A DNA stretch of 64,000 nucleotides from NCBI RefSeq assembly GCF_009914755.1, contig NC_060930.1. One strand, 5' to 3'. How positions within the stretch are numbered: the first letter of the stretch is position 1; each line of letters opens with the position of its first letter. Position numbers and translations under genes: made by a program. This stretch comes from the human T2T-CHM13v2.0 reference genome, Homo sapiens. Positions 52,201-64,000 of this stretch are shown here, piece by piece. The notes below the pieces were generated by a model. It did no database searches and was not told the origin of the DNA. It saw only the letters and a program-made list of their open reading frames with translations.

Positions 52201-55200
52201 GTAGAATTTGCAAGGGTACATTGAGAGCGCTTTCAGGCCTATGGTAGAAAAGGGAATATCTTTCCATAAAAGGTAGACAGAAGCAATCTCAGAAACTACT
52301 TTGTGATGTGTGCATTCAACTCACCGAGTGCAACGTTCCTCTTGACCGAGCAGTTTGGAAACATTGTTTCTGTAGAATCTGCAAGTGGATATTTGGACCT
52401 CTTTGAGGCCTTCGTTGGAAACGGGATTTCTTCCTATAAACCCAGACAGAAGAATTCTCAGAGACTTCTTTGTGATGTGTGAATTCAACTCACAGTGTGG
52501 ATCCTTCCTTTTGATAGAGCAGTTTTGAAACCCTGTTTTTGTAGTATTTCCAAGCGGATATTTGGAACGCCTTGAAGCGTATGGTAGAAAAGGAAATATC
52601 TTCCCATAAAACCTAGACGGAAGCAATCTCAGAAACTACTGTGTGATGGCTGCATTCCACACACACGGTGGAACATTTCTCTTGATAGAGCAGTTTTGAA
52701 ACACTCTTTCTGTAGAATCTGCAAGTGGATAATTGGACTGCCTCGAGGCCTTCGTTGGAAACGGGATTTCTTCATGTTACTCTAGATAGAAGAATTCTCA
52801 AACACTGCTATGTGATGTTTGCATTCAAGTCACAGAGTGCAACATTCCTCTTGGTAGAGCAGTTGGGAAACACTCCTTTTGTAGAATCTGCAATGGGATA
52901 TTTGGACTTCTTTGAGGCCTTCGTTGGAAACGGGATTTCTTCGTATGAATCTAGACAGAAGAATTCTCAGAAACTTCCTTGTGATGTGTGCATTCAACTC
53001 AGCGAGTGGCACCTTCCTTTGGATACAGCAGTTTTGAAACACTGTTTTTGTAGTATTTCCAAGCAGATATTTAGAACGCCTTGAAGCCTATGCTAGAAAT
53101 GGAAATATCTCCCCATAAAACCAAGACAGAAGCAATCTCAGAAACTAATGTGTGATGGCTGCATTCCACACACACGGTGGACCATTTCTCTTGATAGAGC
53201 AGTTTTGAAACACTCTTTCTGTAGAATCTGCAAGTGGATAATTGGACCTCCTAGAGGCCTTCGTTGGAAACGGGATTTCTTCATCTAAACCTACAGAGAA
53301 GAATTCTCAGTAACTTCTTCGGATGTGTGCATTCGACTCACAGAATGGAACATTCCCTTTGATAGAGCAGTTTTGAGACACCGTTTTTGTAGAATTCCCA
53401 AGTGGATATTTAGAGCACTTTGAAGTCTCTGCTAGAAAAGGAAACATCTTCATGTAAAAAGTAGATAGAATCGTTCTCAGAAAGTGCTTAGTGACGTGTG
53501 CGTTCAACTCACAGAGTTTAACGTTTCTTTTGATAGAGCGTTTCTGAAACACCCTTCTTGTAGTAGCTGCAAGTGGATATTTGGACCTATTGGAGGCCTT
53601 CTTTGGAAATGGGATTTCTTCATGTAACTCTAGATTGAAGAATTCTCAGAAACTCCTTTGTGATGTGTGCATTCAATTCAAAGAGTGAAACCTCCCTTTT
53701 CACAGAGCAGTTTTGAAACACTGTTTTTGTAGGATTTCCAAGGGGATATTTATAGCGCATTGAGCCTACGGCGGAAAAAGAAACATCTTCCTATAAAAAC
53801 TAGACAGAATACTTCTCAGAATCTGCTTTGCGATGTGTGCGTTCAACTCACAGAGTAAAACTTTTCTTTTGATAGAGCAGTTTTGAAACACTCTTTTTGT
53901 AGTATTTGCATGTGTATATTTAGAGCGCATTGAAGCCCACAGTAGAAAAGGAAATAACTTCACCTAAAACCTAGACAGAAGCAATCTCAGAAACTACTTT
54001 GTGATGTGTACATTCAACTCACAGAGTGGAACTTTCCTCTTTATAGAGCAGTGTTGAAACACTCTTTTTGTAGAAACTGCAAGTGGATATTTGGACCTCT
54101 TTGAGGCCTTCGTTGGAAACGGGATTTCTTCCTGTAACCCTAGACAGAAGAATTTTCAGAAACCTCATTGTGATGTGTGCGTTCATCTCACAGAGTGGAG
54201 TCTTCCGTTTGATAGAGAAGTTTTGAAACCCTGTTCTTGTAGGATTTCCAAGTGGATATTTAGACCACTTTGAAGCCTATGATAGAAAAGGAAACATCTT
54301 CATGGAAAACATAGATAGAATCATTCTCAGAAACAACTTTGTGATGTGTGCGTTGAACTCACCGTCTTTAACCTTTCTTTTGGTAGAGAAGTTTTGAAAC
54401 ACTCTCTTTGTAAAGTCTACAAGTGGATATTTTGAGCCCTTGGAGGCATTCTTTGGAAAAGGGAATGTCTTCACATAAAAGGCAGACAGAAGTGTTCTCA
54501 GAAACTGCTTTGTGATGTCTGTGTTCAACTCACAGAGTTTAACATTTCCTTTGATAGAGCGGTTTAGTAACCCTCTCTTTGTAGAATTTGGAAGTGTATA
54601 CTAAGAGCGCTTTGAGGCCTATGGTAGAAAAGGAAATATCTTTCCATAAAAGCTAGACAGAAGCAATCTCAGAAACTCCTTTGTGATGTCTGCATTCAAC
54701 TCACCGAGTGGAACATTCCTCTTGATAGAGCAGTTTGGAAACACTCTTTCTGTAGAATCAGCTTGTTTGTATTTGGACCTCCTTGAGGCCTTCGTTGGAA
54801 ACGGGTTTTCATCTTATAAACCCAGACAGAAGAATTCTCAGAGTCTTCTTTGTGATGTGTGCTTTCAACTCACCGAGATAAAGATTTCTCTTGATAGAGC
54901 AATTTGGAAACACTCTTTTTGTAGAATTTGCAAGGGTACATTGAGAGCGCTTTCAGGCCTATGGTAGAAAAGGGAATATCTTTCCATAAAAGGTAGACAG
55001 AAGCAATCTCAGAAACTACTTTGTGATGTGTGCATTCAACTCACCGAGTGCAACGTTCCTCTTGACCGAGCAGTTTGGAAACATTGTTTCTGTAGAATCT
55101 GCAAGTGGATATTTGGACCTCTTTGAGGCCTTCGTTGGAAACGGGATTTCTTCCTATAAACCCAGACAGAAGAATTCTCAGAGACTTCTTTGTGATGTGT

Positions 55201-57402
55201 GAATTCAACTCACAGTGTGGATCCTTCCTTTTGATAGAGCAGTTTTGAAACCCTGTTTTTGTAGTATTTCCAAGCGGATATTTGGAACGCCTTGAAGCGT
55301 ATGGTAGAAAAGGAAATATCTTCCCATAAAACCTAGACGGAAGCAATCTCAGAAACTACTGTGTGATGGCTGCATTCCACACACACGGTGGAACATTTCT
55401 CTTGATAGAGCAGTTTTGAAACACTCTTTCTGTAGAATCTGCAAGTGGATAATTGGACTGCCTCGAGGCCTTCGTTGGAAACGGGATTTCTTCATGTTAC
55501 TCTAGATAGAAGAATTCTCAAACACTGCTATGTGATGTTTGCATTCAAGTCACAGAGTGCAACATTCCTCTTGGTAGAGCAGTTGGGAAACACTCCTTTT
55601 GTAGAATCTGCAATGGGATATTTGGACTTCTTTGAGGCCTTCGTTGGAAACGGGATTTCTTCGTATGAATCTAGACAGAAGAATTCTCAGAAACTTCCTT
55701 GTGATGTGTGCATTCAACTCAGCGAGTGGCACCTTCCTTTGGATACAGCAGTTTTGAAACACTGTTTTTGTAGTATTTCCAAGCAGATATTTAGAACGCC
55801 TTGAAGCCTATGCTAGAAATGGAAATATCTCCCCATAAAACCAAGACAGAAGCAATCTCAGAAACTAATGTGTGATGGCTGCATTCCACACACACGGTGG
55901 ACCATTTCTCTTGATAGAGCAGTTTTGAAACACTCTTTCTGTAGAATCTGCAAGTGGATAATTGGACCTCCTAGAGGCCTTCGTTGGAAACGGGATTTCT
56001 TCATCTAAACCTACAGAGAAGAATTCTCAGTAACTTCTTCGGATGTGTGCATTCGACTCACAGAATGGAACATTCCCTTTGATAGAGCAGTTTTGAGACA
56101 CCGTTTTTGTAGAATTCCCAAGTGGATATTTAGAGCACTTTGAAGTCTCTGCTAGAAAAGGAAACATCTTCATGTAAAAAGTAGATAGAATCGTTCTCAG
56201 AAAGTGCTTAGTGACGTGTGCGTTCAACTCACAGAGTTTAACGTTTCTTTTGATAGAGCGTTTCTGAAACACCCTTCGTGTAGTAGCTGCAAGTGGATAT
56301 TTGGACCTATTGGAGGCCTTCTTTGGAAATGGGATTTCTTCATGTAACTCTAGATTGAAGAATTCTCAGAAACTCCTTTGTGATGTGTGCATTCAATTCA
56401 AAGAGTGAAACCTCCCTTTTCACAGAGCAGTTTTGAAACACTGTGTTTGTAGGATTTCCAAGGGGATATTTATAGCGCATTGAGCCTACGGCGGAAAAAG
56501 AAACATCTTCCTATAAAAACTAGACAGAATACTTCTCAGAATCTGCTTTGCGATGTGTGTGTTCAACTCACAGAGTAAAACTTTTCTTTTGATAGAGCAG
56601 TTTTGAAACACTCTTTTTGTAGTATTTGCATGTGTATATTTAGAGCGCATTGAAGCCCACAGTAGAAAAGGAAATAACTTCACCTAAAACCTAGACAGAA
56701 GCAATCTCAGAAACTACTTTGTGATGTGTACATTCAACTCACAGAGTGGAACTTTCCTCTTTATAGAGCAGTGTTGAAACACTCTTTTTGTAGAAACTGC
56801 AAGTGGATATTTGGACCTCTTTGAGGCCTTCGTTGGAAACGGGATTTCTTCCTGTAACCCTAGACAGAAGAATTTTCAGAAACCTCATTGTGATGTGTGC
56901 GTTCATCTCACAGAGTGGAGTCTTCCGTTTGATAGAGAAGTTTTGCAACCCTGTTCTTGTAGGATTTCCAAGTGGATATTTAGACCACTTTGAAGCCTAT
57001 GATAGAAAAGGAAACATCTTCATGGAAAACATAGATAGAATCATTCTCAGAAACAACTTTGTGATGTGTGCGTTGAACTCACCGTCTTTAACCTTTCTTT
57101 TGGTAGAGAAGTTTTGAAACACTCTCTTTGTAAAGTCTACAAGTGGATATTTTGAGCCCTTGGAGGCATTCTTTGGAAAAGGGAATGTCTTCACATAAAA
57201 GGCAGACAGAAGTGTTCTCAGAAACTGCTTTGTGATGTCTGTGTTCAACTCACAGAGTTTAACATTTCCTTTGATAGAGCGGTTTAGTAACCCTCTCTTT
57301 GTAGAATTTGGAAGTGTATACTAAGAGCGCTTTGAGGCCTATGGTAGAAAAGGTAATATCTTTCCATAAAAGCTAGACAGAACCAATCTCAGAAACTCCT
57401 TT
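49243..57402 (+). repeat. Three tandem 16-mer variant HORs, junction type B (2720 bp each)
   Basis: Anchors at 49243, 51963, 54683, 57403. The junction reads GAAGCGTATGG...CCTAGACGGAAGC. All three share CTCGAG at 50022, 52742 and 55462. Confidence 0.96.
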
Positions 57403-60400
57403 GTGATGTCTGCATTCAACTCACCGAGTGGAACATTCCTCTTGATAGAGCAGTTTGGAAACACTCTTTCTGTAGAATCAGCTTGTTTGTATTTGGACCT
57501 CCTTGAGGCCTTCGTTGGAAACGGGTTTTCATCTTATAAACCCAGACAGAAGAATTCTCAGAGTCTTCTTTGTGATGTGTGCTTTCAACTCACCGAGATA
57601 AAGATTTCTCTTGATAGAGCAATTTGGAAACACTCTTTTTGTAGAATTTGCAAGGGTACATTGAGAGCGCTTTCAGGCCTATGGTAGAAAAGGGAATATC
57701 TTTCCATAAAAGGTAGACAGAAGCAATCTCAGAAACTACTTTGTGATGTGTGCATTCAACTCACCGAGTGCAACGTTCCTCTTGACCGAGCAGTTTGGAA
57801 ACATTGTTTCTGTAGAATCTGCAAGTGGATATTTGGACCTCTTTGAGGCCTTCGTTGGAAACGGGATTTCTTCCTATAAACCCAGACAGAAGAATTCTCA
57901 GAGACTTCTTTGTGATGTGTGAATTCAACTCACAGTGTGGATCCTTCCTTTTGATAGAGCAGTTTTGAAACCCTGTTTTTGTAGTATTTCCAAGCGGATA
58001 TTTGGAACGCCTTGAAGCGTATGGTAGAAAAGGAAATATCTTCCCATAAAACCTAGACAGAACCAATCTCAGAAACGACTTTGTGATGTCTGCATTCAAG
58101 TCACAGAGTTGAACATTTCTCTTGATAGAGCAGTTTTGAAACCCTCTTTCTGAAGGATCTGCAAGTGGATATTTGGAACTCCTTTGGGTCTTCGTTGGAA
58201 ACGGGATTTCTTCGTATAAATCTAGACAGAAGAATTCTCCGAAACTTCTTTGGTTGTGTGCATTCAAGTCACAGAGTGGAACCTTCCTTTGGATAGAGCA
58301 GTTTGAAACGCTGTGGTTGTAGTATTTCCAAGCGGATATTAGAGCGCCTTGAGGCCTATGGTAGAAAAGGAAATATCTTCCCATAAAACCTAGACGGAAG
58401 CAATCTCAGAAACTACTGTGTGATGGCTGCATTCCACACACACGGTGGAACATTTCTCTTGATAGAGCAGTTTTGAAACACTCTTTCTGTAGAATCTGCA
58501 AGTGGATAATTGGACCGCCTTGAGGCCTTCGTTGGAAACGGGATTTCTTCATGTTAGTCTAGATAGAAGAATTCTCAAACACTGCTATGTGATGTTTGCA
58601 TTCAAGTCACAGAGTGCAACATTCCTCTTGGTAGAGCAGTTGGGAAACACTCCTTTTGTAGAATCTGCAATGGGATATTTGGACTTCTTTGAGGCCTTCG
58701 TTGGAAACGGGATTTCTTCGTATGACTCTAGACAGAAGAATTCTCAGAAACTTCCTTGTGATGTGTGCATTCAACTCAGCGAGTGGCACCTTCCTTTGGA
58801 TACAGCAGTTTTGAAACACTGTTTTTGTAGTATTTCCAAGCGGATATTTAGAGCGCCTTGAAGCCTATGCTAGAAATGGAAATATCTCCCCATAAAACCA
58901 AGACAGAAGCAATCTCAGAAACTAATGTGTGATGGCTGCATTCCACACACACGGTGGACCATTTGTCTTGATAGAGCAGTTTTGAAACACTCTTTCTGTA
59001 GAATCTGCAAGTGGATAATTGGACCTCCTAGAGGCCTTCGTTGGAAACGGGATTTCTTCATCTAAACCTACAGAGAAGAATTCTCAGTAACTTCTTCGGA
59101 TGTGTGCATTCGACTCACAGAATGGAACATTCCCTTTGATAGAGCAGTTTTGAGACACCGTTTTTGTAGAATTCCCAAGTGGATATTTAGAGCACTTTGA
59201 AGTCTCTGCTAGAAAAGGAAACATCTTCATGTAAAAAGTAGATAGAATCGTTCTCAGAAAGTGCTTAGTGACGTGTGCGTTCAACTCACAGAGTTTAACG
59301 TTTCTTTTGATAGAGCGTTTCTGAAACACCCTTCTTGTAGTAGCTGCAAGTGGATATTTGGACCTATTGGAGGCCTTCTTTGGAAATGGGATTTCTTCAT
59401 GTAACTCTAGATTGAAGAATTCTCAGAAACTCCTTTGTGATGTGTGCATTCAATTCAAAGAGTGAAACCTCCCTTTTCACAGAGCAGTTTTGAAACACTG
59501 TTTTTGTAGGATTTCCAAGGGGATATTTATAGCGCATTGAGCCTACGGCAGAAAAAGAAACATCTTCCTATAAAAACTAGACAGAATAATTCTCAGAATC
59601 TGCTTTGCGATGTATGCGTTCAACTCACAGAGTAAAACTTTTCTTTTGATAGAGCAGTTTTGAATCACTCTTTTTGTAGTATTTGCATGTGTATATTTAG
59701 AGCGCATTGAAGCCCACAGTAGAAAAGGAAATAACTTCACCTAAAACCTAGACAGAAGCAATCTCAGAAACTACTTTGTGATGTGTACATTCAACTCACA
59801 GAGTGGAACTTTCCTCTTTATAGAGCAGTGTTGAAACACTCTTTTTGTAGAAACTGAAAGTGGATATTTGGACCTCTTTGAGGCCTTCGTTGGAAACGGG
59901 ATTTCTTCCTATAACCCTAGACAGAAGAATTTTCAGAAACCTCATTGTGATGTGTGCGTTCATCTCACAGAGTGGAGTCTTCCGTTTGATAGAGAAGTTT
60001 TGAAACCCTGTTCTTGTAGGATTTCCAAGTGGATATTTAGACCACTTTGAAGCCTATGATAGAAAAGGAAACATCTTCATGGAAAACATAGATAGAATCA
60101 TTCTCAGAAACAACTTTGTGATGTGTGCGTTGAACTCACCGTCTTTAACCTTTCTTTTGGTAGAGAAGTTTTGAAACACTCTCTTTGTAAAGTCTACAAG
60201 TGGATATTTTGAGCCCTTGGAGGCATTCTTTGGAAAAGGGAATGTCTTCACATAAAAGGCAGACAGAAGTGTTCTCAGAAACTGCTTTGTGATGTCTGTG
60301 TTCAACTCACAGAGTTTAACATTTCCTTTGATAGAGTGGTTTAGTAACCCTCTCTTTGTAGAATTTGGAAGTGTATACTAAGAGCGCTTTGAGGCCTATG

Positions 60401-63400
60401 GTAGAAAAGGAAATATCTTTCCATAAAAGCTAGACAGAAGCAATCTCAGAAACTCCTCTGTGATGTCTGCATTCAACTCACCGAGTGGAACATTCCTCTT
60501 GAGAGAGCAGTTTGGAAACACTCTTTCTGTAGAATCAGCTTGTTTGTATTTGGACCTCCTTGAGGCCTTCGTTGGAAACGGGTTTTCATCTTATAAACCC
60601 AGACAGAAGAATTCTCAGAGTCTTCTTTGTGATGTGTGCTTTCAACTCACCGAGATAAAGATTTCTCTTGATAGAGCAATTTGGAAACACTCTTTTTGTA
60701 GAATTTGCAAGGGTACATTGAGAGCGCTTTCAGGCCTATGGTAGAAAAGGGAATATCTTTCCATAAAAGGTAGACAGAAGCAATCTCAGAAACTACTTTG
60801 TGATGTGTGCATTCAACTCACCGAGTGCAACGTTCCTCTTGACCGAGCAGTTTGGAAACATTGTTTCTGTAGAATCTGCAAGTGGATATTTGGACCTCTT
60901 TGAGGCCTTCGTTGGAAACGGGATTTCTTCCTATAAACCCAGACAGAAGAATTCTCAGAGACTTCTTTGTGATGTGTGAATTCAACTCACAGTGTGGATC
61001 CTTTCTTTTGATAGAGCAGTTTTGAAACACTGTTTTTGTAGTATTTCCAAGCGGATATTTGGAACGCCTTGAAGCGTATGGTAGAAAAGGAAATATCTTC
61101 CCATAAAACCTAGACAGAACCAATCTCAGAAACGACTTTGTGATGTCTGCATTCAAGTCACAGAGTTGAACATTTCTCTTGATAGAGCAGTTTTGAAACC
61201 CTCTTTCTGAAGGATCTGCAAGTGGATATTTGGAACTCCTTTGGGTCTTCGTTGGAAACGGGATATCTTCGTATAAATCTAGACAGAAGAATTCTCCGAA
61301 ACTTCTTTGGTTGTGTGCATTCAAGTCACAGAGTGGAACCTTCCTTTGGATAGAGCAGTTTGAAACGCTGTGGTTGTAGTATTTCCAAGCGGATATTAGA
61401 GCGCCTTGAGGCCTATGGTAGAAAAGGAAATATCTTCCCATAAAACCTAGACGGAAGCAATCTCAGAAACTACTGTGTGATGGCTGCATTCCACACACAC
61501 GGTGGAACATTTCTCTTGATAGAGCAGTTTTGAAACACTCTTTCTGTAGAATCTGTAAGTGGATAATTGGACCGCCTTGAGGCCTTCGTTGGAAACGGGA
61601 TTTCTTCATGTTACTCTAGATAGAAGAATTCTCAAACACTGCTATGTGATGTTTGCATTCAAGTCACAGAGTGCAACATTCCTCTTGGTAGAGCAGTTGG
61701 GAAACACTCCTTTTGTAGAATCTGCAATGGGATATTTGGACTTCTTTGAGGCCTTCGTTGGAAACGGGATTTCTTCGTATGAATCTAGACAGAAGAATTC
61801 TCAGAAACTTCCTTGTGATGTGTGCATTCAACTCAGCGAGTGGCACCTTCCTTTGGATACAGCAGTTTTGAAACACTGTTTTTGTAGTATTTCCAAGTGG
61901 ATATTTAGAGCGCCTTGAAGCCTATGCTAGAAATGGAAATATCTCCCCATAAAACCAAGACAGAAGCAATCTCAGAAACTAATGTGTGATGGCTGCATTC
62001 CACACACACGGTGGACCATTTCTCTTGATAGAGCAGTTTTGAAACACTCTTTCTGTAGAATCTGCAAGTGGATAATTGGACCTCCTAGAGGCCTTCGTTG
62101 GAAACGGGATTTCTTCATCTAAACCTACAGAGAAGAATTCTCAGTAACTTCTTCGGATGTGTGCATTCGACTCACAGAATGGAACATTCCCTTTGATAGA
62201 GCAGTTTTGAGACACCGTTTTTGTAGAATTCCCAAGTGGATATTTAGAGCACTTTGAAGTCTCTGCTAGAAAAGGAAACATCTTCATGTAAAAAGTAGAT
62301 AGAATCGTTCTCAGAAAGTACTTAGTGACGTGTGCGTTCAACTCACAGAGTTTAACGTTTCTTTTGATAGAGCGTTTCTGAAACACCCTTCTTGTAGTAG
62401 CTGCAAGTGGATATTTGGACCTATTGGAGGCCTTCTTTGGAAATGGGATTTCTTCATGTAACTCTAGATTGAAGAATTCTCAGAAACTCCTTTGTGATGT
62501 GTGCATTCAATTGAAAGAGTGAAACCTCCCTTTTCACAGAGCAGTTTTGAAACACTGTGTTTGTAGGATTTCCAAGGGGATATTTATAGCGCATTGAGCC
62601 TACGGCGGAAAAAGAAACATCTTCCTATAAAAACTAGACAGAATACTTCTCAGAATCTGCTTTGCGATGTGTGCGTTCAACTCACAGAGTAAAACTTTTC
62701 TTTTGATAGAGCAGTTTTGAAACACTCTTTTTGTAGTATTTGCATGTGTATATTTAGAGCGCATTGAAGCCCACAGTAGAAAAGGAAATAACTTCACCTA
62801 AAACCTAGACAGAAGCAATCTCAGAAACTACTTTGTGATGTGTACATTCAACTCACAGAGTGGAACTTTCCTCTTTATAGAGCAGTGTTGAAACACTCTT
62901 TTTGTAGAAACTGCAAGTGGATATTTGGACCTCTTTGAGGCCTTCGTTGGAAACGGGATTTCTTCCTGTAACCCTAGACAGAAGAATTTTCAGAAACCTC
63001 ATTGTGATGTGTGCGTTCATCTCACAGAGTGGAGTCTTCCGTTTGATAGAGAAGTTTTGCAACCCTGTTCTTGTAGGATTTCCAAGTGGATATTTAGACC
63101 ACTTTGAAGCCTATGATAGAAAAGGAAACATCTTCATGGAAAACATAGATAGAATCATTCTCAGAAACAACTTTGTGATGTGTGCGTTGAACTCACCGTC
63201 TTTAACCTTTCTTTTGGTAGAGAAGTTTTGAAACACTCTCTTTGTAAAGTCTACAAGTGGATATTTTGAGCCCTTGGAGGCATTCTTTGGAAAAGGGAAT
63301 GTCTTCACATAAAAGGCAGACAGAAGTGTTCTCAGAAACTGCTTTGTGATGTCTGTGTTCAACTCACAGAGTTTAACATTTCCTTTGATAGAGCGGTTTA

Positions 63401-63516
63401 GTAACCCTCTCTTTGTAGAATTTGGAAGTGTATACTAAGAGCGCTTTGAGGCCTATGGTAGAAAAGGTAATATCTTTCCATAAAAGCTAGACAGAACCAA
63501 TCTCAGAAACTCCTTT
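57403..63516 (+). repeat. Two canonical 18-mer HOR copies (followed by a partial copy to the window end)
   Basis: Anchors at 57403, 60460, 63517 (3057 bp each). Confidence 0.95.
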
Positions 63517-64000
63517 GTGATGTCTGCATTCAACTCACCGAGTGGAACATTCCTCTTGATAGAGCAGTTTGGAAACACTCTTTCTGTAGAATCAGCTTGT
63601 TTGTATTTGGACCTCCTTGAGGCCTTCGTTGGAAACGGGTTTTCATCTTATAAACCCAGACAGAAGAATTCTCAGAGTCTTCTTTGTGATGTGTGCTTTC
63701 AACTCACCGAGATAAAGATTTCTCTTGATAGAGCAATTTGGAAACACTCTTTTTGTAGAATTTGCAAGGGTACATTGAGAGCGCTTTCAGGCCTATGGTA
63801 GAAAAGGGAATATCTTTCCATAAAAGGTAGACAGAAGCAATCTCAGAAACTACTTTGTGATGTGTGCATTCAACTCACCGAGTGCAACGTTCCTCTTGAC
63901 CGAGCAGTTTGGAAACATTGTTTCTGTAGAATCTGCAAGTGGATATTTGGACCTCTTTGAGGCCTTCGTTGGAAACGGGATTTCTTCCTATAAACCCAGA

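Larger units (their letters stand above)
1..64000 (+). repeat. Centromeric alpha-satellite HOR array (~170-bp monomers, 18-mer HOR of ~3057 bp), most likely human chr6 D6Z1 (SF1)
   Basis: Alphoid motifs (CAGAAGCAATCTCAGAAAC, TTGATAGAGCAGTTTTGAAACACT, CTTCGTTGGAAACGGGA) recur every ~170 bp. The ORF track repeats at 3054-3057 bp. There is one GGATCC per 18-mer or 16-mer (first at 864-869). The alpha-satellite call is near certain; the D6Z1 assignment (about 0.85) rests on recalled 18-mer/3 kb BamHI characteristics. Confidence 0.99.

Noticed and set aside
46063-63060. Possible 14274-bp duplication (shared alleles 46063/60337, 46229/60503, 48786/63060)
   Set aside because: One allele is a CpG transition and the other two occur in additional copies. 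The many private SNVs of the 46186 copy are absent from the 60460 copy.
328-63801. Repeating ORFs of 60-207 aa on both strands
   Set aside because: They are chance open frames in alpha satellite. They recur at the HOR period, show internal monomer-period repeats, are disrupted freely by indels and resemble no protein family I recognise.
1-64000. Possible embedded L1/Alu insertion, inversion or foreign sequence
   Set aside because: All anchor spacings are explained by whole-monomer counts plus 1-3 bp indels. Orientation is constant, and I saw no poly-A tail or non-alphoid tract.
1-64000. Claim that this window is the kinetochore/CENP-A site or a new biological system
   Set aside because: This cannot be determined from sequence alone; it needs methylation and CENP-A data. 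The content is a known class of centromeric satellite.

Overview
The whole 64 kb window is primate (human-type) centromeric alpha-satellite DNA. It consists of ~170-bp monomers arranged head-to-tail on one strand in a higher-order repeat (HOR) of 18 monomers (3054-3057 bp), with one BamHI site per unit and CENP-B boxes on most B-type monomers. The 18-mer length, ~3 kb BamHI unit and dimeric A/B organisation best fit the active chromosome 6 array D6Z1 (suprachromosomal family 1). That assignment comes from recalled knowledge, not a database search. Using a recurring anchor (328, 3384, ... 63517), the window contains 15 complete 18-mers, six 16-mers of two junction types and one 6-mer. I found no genes, RNA genes, transposon insertions, inversions or CRISPR arrays; the ORF track only reflects the repeat. 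I found no credible new biological system. The points of interest are all in array architecture: an apparently exact 8832-bp (18+18+16) tandem duplication, recurrent 16-mer deletions with distinct breakpoints, a 6-mer next to an SNV cluster, mosaic HOR copies and a patterned CENP-B box landscape. Variant positions were read by eye and should be confirmed by alignment.
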